From Hypanus sabinus (taxonomy: Eukaryota), in assembly GCF_030144855.1 (NCBI RefSeq), contig NC_082710.1, forward strand, positions 151,342,001-151,406,000: a stretch of 64,000 nt of DNA. Reading direction: 5' to 3'. Positions 13,178-25,700 of the stretch are shown here, in pieces. Under the pieces are notes generated by a model. That model saw nothing but the letters and a program-made list of their open reading frames with translations. It had not been told where the DNA came from and did no database searches. Positions within the stretch are counted from its first letter, which is position 1, and every line of letters starts with the position of its first letter. Both the position numbers and the translations under genes were made by a program.

Positions 13178-13654
13178 GTTATTTACTTAAAATGTATTTA
13201 CGTATGAACGTTTGCATCACTACTTATACGGAGCTGTTGTGTTATTATAATTGATCCCCTGTGCAAAATTGTGATTCTGTTTTGTACTTTCTTTATGATA
13301 AGAGAAGCGAAAACAAAATTATCTGTGCATGTGGAATGTTAGTTTTGTAATTTGCAATGAAGAATACGGTATGTAATCAGATTAATCAGATATGTAAAAA
13401 ATACGGTTGTTGTCAGAGGGGATTTCAAATGTGGTACTGTGGCGACCCATTTCCTGGCACATCCGAACCGGCTCACAATTAGATAGCCTACGGGGGGTTG
13501 CGAGCACAGAGCATTGGAGCCTCTGCGCCACGGGGGGCAGGTTGAGGGAGGCTTAAAAGTGAGGCTGAGGATTTCGAATAAAGTTTTTTCCTTCGACTGC
13601 AGTTACCGACTCCGTGTCGTAATTTTAGCGCTGCGTGTAGCACACCGCTACAAT

Positions 13655-13668
13655 TGGTGGCCCCGACG
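13655..13668 (+). promoter_or_regulatory. Primer-binding site, tRNA-Trp type
   Basis: TGGTGGCCCCGACG lies 2 nt after the 5' LTR and has one mismatch to the tRNA-Trp PBS TGGTGACCCCGACG. Confidence 0.75.
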
Positions 13669-13692
13669 GTCCAAACGATTTTTGGACCAGAA

Positions 13693-14384
13693 ATGACCGA
13701 CGCCGCCTCTGTTCATGCGGTTTCGTTGAAACTGCCGGGTTTCTGGACACAGCGAACGAACCTATGGTTCCAGCAAGCCGAAGCCCAATTCCACGTTCGC
13801 CGGATCTCCTCAGAATACACCCGCTACTACTACGTGGTGAGCTCCCTCGACCAGGACACAGCGGCCCAGGTCGCGGAGTTCGCACAGTCGCCCCCGTTAG
13901 AAGGCAAGTACACGGAATTCAAAGCCCTGCTCCTCAGGACTTTCGGACTCTCACGGCGCGAGCGGGCTGCCCGTTTACTGCACCTGGATGGCTTGGGCGA
14001 CAGACCTCCAACGGCTTTAATGAATGAGATGTTGTCTCTCGCCGACGGACACACACCCTGCCTCATGTTTGAGCAGGCATTCCTGGAGCAGCTGCCCGAG
14101 GACATACGCCTGCTGCTGTCTGACGCGGATTTCAGTGACCCCCGGAAAGTGGCAGCCCGGGCGGACTTGCTGTGGAACGCCAAAAAGGTGAGCGGGGCGT
14201 CCATCGCACAGATCTCCCAGCCACGCTCCCGGCAGCAAACCAGTCCAGGCCCGGCCGCAGAGCCCGCCAACACCCGGCCCCCAATGAACACTGGTGCTTC
14301 TACCACCAGCGGTGGGGCGCAGAAGCCCGCCGTTGTCGCCCGCCCTGCAAGTTCCCGGGAAACGCCAGGGCCAGCCTCCGCTGA
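13693..14384 (+). pseudogene. gag: Gypsy gag (frameshift near 14280)
   Basis: LKLPGFW...WFQQAEAQF...LGDRPPTALMNEM; after a frameshift, WCFYHQRWGAEARRCRPPC (C-x2-H-x9-C-x3-C). Confidence 0.88.
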
Positions 14385-14402
14385 TGCCTACGGCGGCTGG
14401 CC
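14357..14402 (+). promoter_or_regulatory. Putative -1 ribosomal frameshift signal (G GGA AAC plus hairpin) at the gag-pol junction
   Basis: Slippery heptamer 14357-14363 is in the gag frame and pol continues in the -1 frame. A 5-nt spacer is followed by a GGCCAGCC...GGCTGGCC stem (14369-14402). Confidence 0.7.
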
Positions 14403-17386
14403 ATCGGGATAGCCTCCTGTATGTCTGGGATAGAAGGTCTGGACGCCGGTTTTTGGTCGATACGGGGGCTGGGATCAGAGTTTTACCTCCGACGAGTTAC
14501 GACACCCGCAGCATGGCACCGGGTCCCCCCCCTGAGGGCCGTGAATGGCAGCACAGTAAGGACCTATGGCACCCGTCAGGTGCAGCTACAGTTCGGCTCC
14601 AGCCAGTTCACGTGGGGCTTTACACCGACCGCCGTAGCCCAACCGCTTCTGGGTGCGGATTTTTTGCGAGCTCACAGCCTACTGGTCGACCTGCCCAGGA
14701 AGAGACTGGTACACGCCGAGACCTTTCAGACGTTCTCCCTGGGTGCAGCCCAGTTGCCAGCCTCTCACCTCGGCTCCATCACGCTGTCCGACAACGACTT
14801 CACCAGGGTCCTGGCGGATTTCCCATCGGTTCTGGCACCGCAGTTCACAGCGGCCATGCCCAGGCACGGCGTACAGCACCACATCCCGACCCAGGGACCA
14901 CCCCTCCACACCCGCGCTCGGCGGCTTCCCCCGGACAAGCTCCGACTGGCGAAGGAGGAGTTCCAGAGGATGGAGGAATTGGGGATCATCCGGCGGTCCG
15001 ACAGCCCATGGGCCTCCTCCCTGAACATGGTGCCCAAAGCGACGGGAGGCTGGAGACCGTGCGGCGACTACCGCAGGCTGAACGAGGCTACCACACCGGA
15101 CCGCTACCCTGTGCCGCACATTCAGGACTTTGCAGCAAACCTGCACGGCGCACGGATCTTCTCCAAGGTAGACCTCGTCCGAGGGTACCATCAAATCCCG
15201 ATGCATCCTGACGACGTCCCCAAAACGGCTCTCATCACCCCGTTTGGCCTTTTCGAGTTCCTCCGCATGCCGTTCGGCCTGAAGAATGCCGCACGGACGT
15301 TCCAGCCGTTAATGGACGCGGTGGGACGGGCCCTGGACTTCGCGTTCATCTATTTGGATGACATCGTCATAGCCAGCAGCAGTCGTCAGGAGCATCTGTC
15401 CCACCTCCGTCAACTCTGTGCCCGACTGAGTGAGTACGGTCTGACAATCAACCCCGCCAAATGCCAGTTCGGACTCGATATAATTGACTTCCTGGGCCAC
15501 AGGATTACTAAAGACGGGGCAACCCCTCTGCCCGCTAAGGTAGATGCGGCCCGCCACTTTCCCCGACCCACCACGATCAAAGGCCTTCAGGAATTCGTAG
15601 GTATGGTAAATTTCTACCGCCGCTTCCTCCCTTCAGCTGCCCGGATCATGCGCCCCCTGTTCGCCCTGATATCGGGTCCGAGCAAGGACATTACCTGGGA
15701 CGAGGAGTCCGCCGCCGCTTACGTTCAAACGAAGGAAGCTTTGGCGAACGCCGCAATGCTAGTACATCCCAGAATGGACGCCCCTACCGCCCTCACGGTG
15801 GACGCATCTAACACGGCAGTCGGTGGGGTGCTGGAGAAACTCATCGCAGGTCGCTGGCAACCCCTGCCGTTTTTCAGCAAACACCTGCGGCCACCCGAGC
15901 TCAAGTAAAGTGCTTTCGACCGGGAACTGTTGGCGCTTTACCTGGCAATCCGGCATTTCAGGTACTTCCTAGAAGGTCGGCCCTTCACCGCGTTCACGGA
16001 CCACAAACCGCTTACCTTTGCGTTTACGAAAGCGTCCGACCCCTGGTCGTCCCGCCAGCAACGCCACCTGTCCTACATCTCTGAATACACGGTCCGGCAC
16101 GTCTCGGGTAAGGACAATGTCGTGGCGGATGCGCTCTCTCGCCCTACCGTTCATGCCCTTTCCCAAGGAGTAGACTTTGAGGCACTGGCAGAGGCGCAGC
16201 AGGCGGATGAGGAGATTCCGAGTTACAGAACCGCAGTCTCCGGTTTGCAGCTCCAGGACCTCCCCGTTGGCCCGGGTGAGAGGACCCTACTCTGTGACGT
16301 CGCCACCGGCCAGCCCCGTCCAGTCGTCCCGACAGCCTGGCGGCGCCGTGTTTTCGACTCCATTCATAACTTGGCGCAGGTTCGTTTGGCACGGACTCCG
16401 CAAACAGGTCAGTGAATGGGCCAAAACGTGCATGCACTGCCAGACGGCCAAGGTGCAGCGGCACACCAAAGCCCCACCGCAGCAGTTCCATCCCGCCCAC
16501 CGGTGTTTCGACCACATTCATGTGGATATCGTGGGCCCCCTGCCAGTGTCGCGCGGAGCGCGGCACCTCCTGACTATCGTGGACCGGTTCACAAGATGGC
16601 CAGAGGCGGTCCCGCTCACCGACACCACCTCCGAATCTTGCGCCCGAGCCCTGATCGCCACCTGGATATCTCGCTTTGGTGTACCAGCCCACATTACCTC
16701 CGACAGAGGCGCCCAGTTCACCTCCAGCCTGTGGTCAGCTATGGCCAGCCTTTTGGGGACTCAGCTGCACCACACGACTGCCTACCACCCACAGTCGAAC
16801 GGGCTAGTGGAGCATTTCCACCGTCACCTGAAGTCGGCCCTCATGGCCCGCCTGCGAGGAGCCAACTGCGGACGAGCTTCCCTGGGTCCTACTCGGCATC
16901 CGCACAGCGCCCAAGGACGACCTGCACTCCTCGTCGGCCGAGTTGGTATACGGCTCGCCCCTGGTCGTCCCCGAGGAGTTCCTACCAGCCCCACGGGGGC
17001 AAGAGGAAGATCCCGCAGCAGTCCTGGGCAGACTACGCGAGAAGCTCGGTAACCTGGCCCCCATACCCACTTCACAGCACGGGCGGCACCCGACCTGCGT
17101 ACCCAAAGACCTACAGAACTGTAAGTTTGTGTTTGTACGAAGGGGCGGGCATCGGCCACCGCTGCAGCGGCCATACGAGGGTCCGTTTATGGTGCTCCGG
17201 AACAACGGGTCCACGTTCGTGCTGGACGTTGGGGGGAAAGAGGAGGTTTTCAAGGTGGACCGCCTCAAACCGGCCCATGTGGACCTGGCGCAACCGGCCG
17301 AGTTTCCGGCACCTCGGCGCAGAGGCCGACCTCCCAAGCAGGTTCTGGCCCGGACTGTGGACATTGGGGGGTGTATCGCCGGTTCT
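14364..17386 (+). pseudogene. pol: Gypsy pol (protease, RT, RNase H, integrase), disrupted
   Basis: FLVDTGA protease; [23 protein letters not shown] and YLDD RT; TVDAS RNase H; HIHVDIVGP, ITSDRGAQF and PQSNGLVE integrase; RPYEGPF. Stop at 15906-15908, several frameshifts, and a small deletion in the integrase HHCC region near 16378. Confidence 0.92.
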
Positions 17387-17399
17387 GGGGGGGGGGGGG
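17387..17399 (+). promoter_or_regulatory. Polypurine tract of the Gypsy element
   Basis: G run immediately before the 3' LTR. Confidence 0.8.
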
Positions 17400-17739
17400 T
17401 TATGTGGCGACCCATTTCCTGGCACATCCGAACCGGCTCACAATTAGATAGCCTACGGGGGTTTGCGAGCACAGAGCTTTGGAGCCTCTGCGCCACGGGG
17501 GGCAGGTTGAGGGAGGCTTAAAAATGAGGCTGAGGATTTCGAATAAAGCTTTTTCCTTCGACTGCAGTTACCGACTCCGTGTCGTAATTTTAGCGCTGCG
17601 TGTAGCACACCGCTACAGTACTTTAAATTCTTAATGTCCAGCAGTGTTCGTTAAATTGCGTTTAAAAAAGACATATTATTTAATAGAGACGTTTGGCTGG
17701 CGTCATAGAAGCTACTGCGTCCAAGCACACAGTCATCTT

Positions 17740-18310
17740 ACTGGATGATTATTGTCCCTCTCAACCCCATTCCCTTACTTTTTCTATTTAGCATTTGACG
17801 CTCTTACTATTCATGAAACCATCAATCTCCGCTTGCAGTATATCCATCGACTTGCCCTTCACAGACTTTGTGTGAATGAATTCTACGGTTTTCTCCTTTT
17901 CTGCCTAAATAATTTTCTCTTTATTTTAGTTCTAAGTGGACGTTCCTCTATTCTCGGGCTGCAACCGGTAGTCTGAAGACTACTGCACTGTAAGAATCAT
18001 TCTCTCTCCGTCCTCTCAATCACTGATTGATAGGTATAAATCAGATTGCCCACCTCCATTCTTCTGACGTCCAGTGAGTACAGGCCCAAAGTCCTAAAAA
18101 GGTCCTCATACGTTAACCCATTCATTCCCGCAATCATTCTCATAAACTACTGTAGGCACTTTCCGATGCCAGCACATTTTTCTTAACAAATTTAAGTGAA
18201 CATTCTCCTAATCTGTCTATGTGTGTATGCAGAATTTCTACTTTCTCGACAATACCTGATGTCTTCGAATCATCGGGAAATTTGGCAATAAAACCATCAA
18301 ATCCATCATC
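17740..18310 (-). mobile_element. CR1 LINE 3' fragment, degraded
   Basis: GFIAKFPDDSKTSGIV in ORF 18140-18466, followed by CR1-like 3' UTR. Confidence 0.65.
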
Positions 18311-21300
18311 CATATTATTACATGTTACCTGAAAAGAAGCGATATGAACACCAAGCTCAGTGGAATATAAGTCGTCACAGTCAGGCAACCAGAGAACTCG
18401 GTCACAACGTTGCCTCCTTGATTCAATGGAGGTTTTAACGCTCGGTTTTTGCGCGTTTTTAACCATCTTGGCAGTTGTTTTCCTCGGACTAAGGTACTGA
18501 ACAAGAGGGATTGTAACAAAAAGAGTATTTCATTTCGATAAAAATAACAGGCAGTTTTGTCATTGAACGGAGTGATGTTCAGGAAGTGTACCAGACAATC
18601 TGGTGTTAACATTGCCGTACTTAACACTTATCTAAAGTCGTGAATATAAATTAGCAGTCAGTCCTCAATAAGATAGCAGATCATTGAATCACCTGCAAGA
18701 ATGTTGATTATTTGGTAATATTGTCTGAATTCGATACAAGGATTTGTTTTCGTGCAAATTAGAGTGACTGCCATGTGAAATCGGCCAATGTCCATCGGTA
18801 AATCCGCTTTCGACACATTTGAATTTCTTCCCTTATACAAATAAAAGACTGTTAAACGAAGTATGAAAGGCTTGGCATAAAAGCTCTAAATGAAGGGTTT
18901 TTTTGAGGTATTTATTCTTGTGCATTCAAACATCCAATTTATGCTTTTTCCGCGTTTACTGATAGCCTACGGTGATTGTTATTCTATCTCGTGGGAAGTG
19001 CACTCATTCAAAATGTATCACTTGTTATATGGCTGTGAAACATTGTGGTTCTGTCGGCTGTGTAAATCTAGGGAAGACAGTCTCCGGCCTTGCCAAACCT
19101 GTGAGATTGAGGCGCCAGCGACAGCCCATCCTAAAACCCCCTGTTCGTGTGAATGATGCGTAATTCGTTACCCTGTTACAAATAAGAACCCTACGACCTC
19201 TCCTCCCCGGCGTCTTCTCTCTTCATTTCCATAACAAAAATCCCAAGCCCAACCTTAGTGTCCCTCACCCGAGAAACCTCCCCCTAATTCGGCCATTCTA
19301 ATTGGATGGCACACAATTCTCCTATCACTTATCTTCAACAGTAACCCAAACAAGCAGCTTGCACCGAATAGCACAAATAAAATACAGAGAAGCATGATAT
19401 AATAGTAACAAAATATTGTCTAGAACATTACAATTGCAATGGCTGTAGAAGATCAACTGGTGATAGCACTTGATGTAATAATATATGAGATGAATTGTTA
19501 TGTTTTGTAATTTCTAAATATTAAACTAATTCAAAGGAAGACAAAGGAGTACGAAAAGAAAAGGGTGTACCTTCATCTTTAAGCGATTTTATCGCGTATC
19601 CCGTAATAGCGTGATGAGTACCCAGTGAATGTATTTATTCATATAATCCGTAGTGAAATAAGTAAACGAACAGGAAAGCTTAATCAACCGTAATATACTC
19701 CAGATTACTCAAGAGTAACTAAAATATTAAATACACAACAACTGGCGTGTGTTTTCCATGTGCGGTCACAAGATCACTTTTTTTTTCAGCCTTGGTCTGT
19801 TTTATGTGATCGATTCATTGCCATTTGTTGGCAAACCCGAGAGCACACTATATTATTACGCTGTGAAACTGCAGCGATGATTATAATGATTAAAGTTGGA
19901 TTTCGTTTTGTACAGAAGATGCCAATTAACTTTGGAAATGAACAGTTGGGAATTTATTTGCATTGTTCTCTGGTTTTGTAAAACGGTCTCATCCGTATAG
20001 TTTGCCAACCTAGATTGGATACTTCCATTTAGACATCGCCTTAACAAATTTGGCGCCATTATCATTGCTTGGGCTCTTTCATGCTCTGACCATCTAGCAT
20101 ATATTACGTGTCAAAACGGTAAGGAAGTGACACCGAGAGACGGAATTGGGGAAACTTGCAATTGTCCACAGCTTATAAGCAGCCAGAATTCGATCATAAT
20201 AATTCTCTCTATCACAAGCTCTGCATTGAATGATAACATCAATGCAGTACACATTTGCACAATTTCCAGGCATTTACTTTACGCTCACAGAATGTAATAA
20301 TTCATTCAAATTCATGGAACACACTGGGTATATGTTCGTGTACTTGTTTACTTATGTGGTGCCTTGGGTGAAGTTCCGTGAAACATTAATGAAAGCTATT
20401 AAAAATCCCTTCAGTTTATTATTTTAAATCATGTGACGTAAAGGTGAAGTAGAACGTAATCCATCTTCAAATTTGAGATTGGATCTCGTTAATTATGATA
20501 CATTAGTACAAATTCTTTCTCACGTGTTTATAATGAAATTGTGTCAACATAGCTAATACAGATATTGAGACATTTCAAAATTGCTGAATAAACTATGTGG
20601 TCATTTCAAATGTAGTTATCAGTGCATCATTTCATGTTGAAATACCGTCCATATGAACTATAACGATGGGCACGCAAATTTGATGGTGTCATAATTGATC
20701 CTATTTAAATGATGTTAATATTTTCACTATGGTTACTCTTTTGTTGTTGACATCACACACTTAAAATAGTCAAACACAACTGAAAAACATTTCGTCTATA
20801 CTGTCACAAACAAGAGAAAATCCACAGATGCTGGAAATCGTAACAACATGCACAAAATGCTAGAGGAATTCAGCAGGCCAAGCAGCATCTGTGGGGGAAA
20901 AAAAGTGCAGAACCCTGTCAAAGGGTTTTGGTCCGAAACGTCGACTGCATTGTCCTGCTTAGCTCTTCCAGTATTGCCATGTATCCTGTTCCCACTCCTG
21001 TTCTATTTCTCTTCTCAACAAAAACCATCGGGATAAAGTGTTATACAAGTTAAATGGTGAACACAGTTACAATCTCAAGCTGGTGCCAATGCAGTTTATA
21101 AAATATCTTTGTGCAAACCATAGAAAATCAATCTTCCACCTTCTTATTTAAATAAAACAGCTGTCAGTTTATTTTGTCAGTGTTATTTTAATCCTGAGTT
21201 TATTTGAAACATAGGAAATCGGTTTATTGGTTAATTTCACAGTGCAAGCTGTTTACTTTCAATACACAGAACTATTTCCAGAACCATGTTAATTGTTACC

Positions 21301-22364
21301 ACATCTTCTGTAACAAAATACATTAAAAGTTGTAATAATGGATAAATCAATAGATCACTTCATGAGTTCCCCTTAGGCCTGCTGGTATGAACGAATTGAT
21401 ATCCACCTTTGCTTTTGCCTTCAGCTGTGCTGATACTCTCTGTTTACTATACCAGGGCCATGCATTGCCTGACTTCCTGGCTTATCTAAGTGATCTAAAT
21501 AGTTGCATAAGTGATTGGTCTCTACAGAAAGCAGATTTATTTTGTTTTGAATAAAGTGTACAAGGATATATTGCCCATTCCCTGGTGGCCTTAATAAAGG
21601 GATCACAGCCTTTATGCTTGAACCTCAGAGAAGTTCTGGTGAAGAAACTCAAGAGCTTTCATACAAAATAAGATGACCAACCTTTCTCTAAATCAGGTTG
21701 TCAATTTGAATGAAGTCGAACAGGTGAGATTGTTCAGAGTCGTAAATTTCAATGAAAATGGCGAAAGTTCATCACATGTAAAGGAAGCTGTTTCCTTCAG
21801 CCAGAAAATGAACAGGCTTAGGTCATTTATTTGTGATTCTAGTGGACATTGGTTCCACACAAAATTACTCTACACATCAATGGAATTCATGAACAATTTG
21901 CATTTGACTAATACAAATCCTGCTAATGCAGAATTTAGAGGAGAAACAAAAATAGCAGAGACTGAGCATGTATGTGACACAGGCTACTCTGATGTTTTTG
22001 TACTCCAGGACTTATATGGAGCAACACAGATTGTCTAAACCACAGCAAACATTTTTTTCATGATTTTATATCGTATTATAATAAATGTTCCAGTGTATTA
22101 TAATAAAATTTCCAACGAACCAGAGGAGAGTAGGGGCTGGTTTAAAGAAAGAATGGGAAATGAGGCAATGTTGAAATCATGATAGCACAGGAATATGGAT
22201 CATACAGAGTTTAAAGAAAGTGGATTAAGAGAAATCTGTGAATTTAAAGTATATTCAAGAAACAAACTACTGCGCAAAAGACAAATAATTGAGATTTCCA
22301 GATGTATGTATATTAGATTATTGGTGTGTTGCTATATTTCTTTAACTAATTATTTCCCTTTTAA

Positions 22365-22767
22365 CCCTTGCATACTGTTTTGATAAAATTTGACCCGTTT
22401 TGACATTTGACAGCAGTAAAAACACCCTAAATGTCATTTTCACCGAAATTTGATGACTGTTCCTAAAGTGACCCAAAATGCTCAAAAATGAACATATTTT
22501 AAAATGTTATACTTCTGTACAGGTGCTGCAAAATTTTGTACATTGAGGCTGTTCCAGGACAAATATGACCTGTTTCTATTGAAATGGATTTTAAATCTCC
22601 GTAACATTAAAGATTAATCACTCATTTGTTAATGTCAGGTAGGCTATTTATACATTCTAAATAGAACTGAGGTACAAAAGTTGGTATTTATGAGGGGATT
22701 CAGGGGCCAGGCCAAAATTGACCCAGACCATACTGAGAAGGTATAGAATATGAACAGTATGTAAGGG
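22365..22767. mobile_element. Non-autonomous piggyBac-type element (MITE)
   Basis: TTAA at 22361-22364 and 22768-22771; terminal inverted repeats CCCTTGCATACTGTT and AACAGTATGTAAGGG (14/15 match). Confidence 0.75.
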
Positions 22768-25700
22768 TTAAATGCAACTGCAGGAAAACATTGTATAGCA
22801 TAATGTAAGCCAGAATTCTCTGGTCATTTCTTGCTTCAGCCCTAATGTTATTCCATTGTGGTGAAACAAATACTACTCACTGCTTCTCATGCTCTAACCC
22901 CATGAAGTAAAATTTCCATTCCAATGTTACTAAATTGCATTTCCATCTTTGCATTGTCACTTCTGCAACTGAAAATCTAATTATTCATGTATCTTTGTCC
23001 TTTTAATGCAAAATCATGGTCATTATCACTAAAATACCACTCTGAACATGCAGCTTACATGATAAAATGGTCCAGACTCTCTGGTTCATGAATTTTTCAT
23101 ACATTTTTCTAAACAGATTTTCTTGTATGTCTTTTAAGAAATCAGTAACATAATGTTTGGCATTAACTTTGCCCAAGATAATTTGAAGCTGAAATCCCCA
23201 ACATCCATTTATTCTGAAGCATTTTTGAGCTGTAACAATGTACAAGTATTTCTGCTTCAATTTATCTTTGATTATAAATTATGATGAATACCAGGCACTA
23301 AATAATAATAACAGGACTCTTAGACTCTTATGACACAAAAAGAGGCCATTCAACCTAACATTCCTCGGCCTACTCTCTGCCCTAGTATGTCACCAATTCC
23401 ACCACTTGGCCCATCAGCATACTCCTACATTTCTTTTCTTACAATATATTCATCTAATTATCCTTTAAAGAGCACGATGAAACCCCATCCACCACAAGTA
23501 CAAACAGTACATTCAAGTTACCATAACACACTGCATGGAAAAGATGTTCCTCATTATTTTTGTTTTGTTATTCTTTATCTTCATTTATCTTATTAACCCT
23601 CACTCTCTCAACTAAAGGGAAGAGTTATCTCCTTTTCAAAAAACATCAATTTTGTAGATGCTAGAAATCAAGAGCAAAACCCATAATATGCTGGAGGTAC
23701 TCAGCAAGTCAGACAGCATCTATGGATAGGAATTAACAGACAATGTTAAAGGCTGCGACCCTTCAATAACCCGTGTGGAATTTCATTGCATAAACATTCA
23801 GTGATCCACTAAGTAAAACTATTTCCCTCTAATTCATCATTAACTATATTGATCATTTAGTTTTTTTTTCTTAAGAATTCTATATTGCATTTGCATCTTC
23901 CAATAATGAGGCAACCAGAATTACAAACTCTTTTACAATGGTGAACACAACCTCCCAGAAATACTAGTAAGAAGTGGGGACACATTGAAACTAGAACTAT
24001 AGGAACATAATAAGGTGGAAAATCATATCAAATATTATTGGTGATTTATCCAGGCTCCAGAGTGATTAATCTAGTTTTAGAAATGAAGGCTACATTGTTC
24101 CCATTTTCTAACATTTATTTTACTTTGGAAAAATGACAGTTAACATCATGGCACTATATTTAAAAACATTCAGTGGTGAGACAGCAGAGACTTTTAGATC
24201 AATGACCTTGTAAGAATTTTAAATCATATGGCAGGCAAGCACTTGGGGAAAAGTTGCAAAATCAAAGTCAAGTAGAATTTGTGGCATATTGGTTCAGTTA
24301 TTAGCAGAGCTGGCTCATAGCTCAAGAGATCTGAGTTCAATCCAAAGTTTGGGGTTGCTGTGAGCAGTTTCTATGTCCCCCATTTGATATTGTGAAGTTC
24401 TCTGGGAGTGTTATTTTGCAGTCACACATCAAGTTAATACTAATTGTTAGGATGATTGTCTACAGTAATTTGAAGATGCATGGAAGGGTAGAGGTTACAA
24501 GAGGGATGCAAGCTTGAAATGATTTAAGCAGATGCATATAATAACTAACACATACCAATGCTGGAAAAACTCAGCAGGTCGCAGGACAGTGAAAATGCTG
24601 TATAACATGGAAATGTATGAAACTATCTAGTTTAGTTTTACACAGCTGCTAAACGAAATACCAACAACATAACAGTAAAGATGTGAACCAGGGCACTACA
24701 CAAGAGCAGAAGATATTTGATTAAAAAGTCTGCCATGTCCTGGGATTTTCTATAATTGATTCCATATTCTTCAGTTCCTGCATTCCAACCTGTGAGATGT
24801 AGCTTGTTCAGCACCTGATCAGCAGTTCACACGCCGGTGTGCTCGAATGCTTTCATAATCTGAGGAGTGAAGCCAAATATTGGACAAGCCAGAAATGTCA
24901 GAGTAGAAAAAAACACTGAGAAAGATGACAGTTGCTGATCTCTTCTAATTTTCCTTCATCTCACGTCACTATTAAAGTAATCATCTTCCTTTTAATCTCT
25001 TAATACAATTTAACTTAAATATTCAACAAACCTCTGTTTTTCTCCAACACAAGACAAAAGGCCTAATGCCATTAACATTAGATAAATTGTTTGAAATGAT
25101 TTACAATCTACAATATTGTAGATAGATTAGAACAGCACAAGCACACAGTCAGACATAAAACATAGACAGTTCTATGAAATATGGAGAACTCAACTGAGTG
25201 TCCACCTGTAATGATCTTCATCAGATCTCAATATCTCATTCCATTTGTTTGTGGGTTGTGCTTGAAAACTATCTCCACTCCTATACATTTTTGTCAGCTT
25301 CACTATTTTGGCAATATCTGGTTTAAAACCATCAATAAAAGTTGACTTCAAGGATCCATGTAGTTGTCCTCTATGTTTTTTAAAATCACCTTTCTTGTAA
25401 TGTAGAAAATCACTTGCAGTCACTTTGCTCAAACATGAATTTTTCAGCTGATGCAAAAGTATTCCAAAAAAATTTGCACTTTGCACATTCTATTTTATAC
25501 TGCAATATTCAGTAGGATACAATCTGTACCTACAAAAGCAATTTCCTTATCTAAACTGGCCCACAGCAGTTGCAGGATTTAAAAAAGGATGTCTGCTCAT
25601 GCTCTGTTAATGCAGCTGGATGGAATTACAGTGAAATTGGTTTAAAACCAGGCAGCTACAGCTAAATTCACCTTATTACAATTACAGTTCCCTTGTGATT

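Larger units (their letters stand above)
13438..17617 (+). mobile_element. Gypsy/Ty3 LTR retrotransposon, CsRn1-like clade, near full length but defective
   Basis: 215-bp LTRs at 13438-13652 and 17403-17617 (4 differences); 4-bp TSD GTAC; tRNA-Trp-type PBS; poly-G PPT; CHCC Gag knuckle; domain order PR-RT-RH-IN. Confidence 0.95.

Noticed and set aside
8332-13353. 28-bp near-duplicate (8332-8359 and 13326-13353) on either side of the BEL element
   Set aside because: Not adjacent to the LTR ends, so not a TSD. Probably a small pre-existing local duplication.
13625-17521. Many antisense and alternative-frame ORFs within the Gypsy element
   Set aside because: Shadow ORFs of GC-rich gag-pol coding sequence.
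21673-25486. Unassigned ORFs 21673-22038 (+), 23003-23260 (-) and 25190-25486 (-)
   Set aside because: No recognisable motifs, inconsistent strands and in-frame stops beside the putative splice sites. ORFs of this length can arise by chance in 64 kb.
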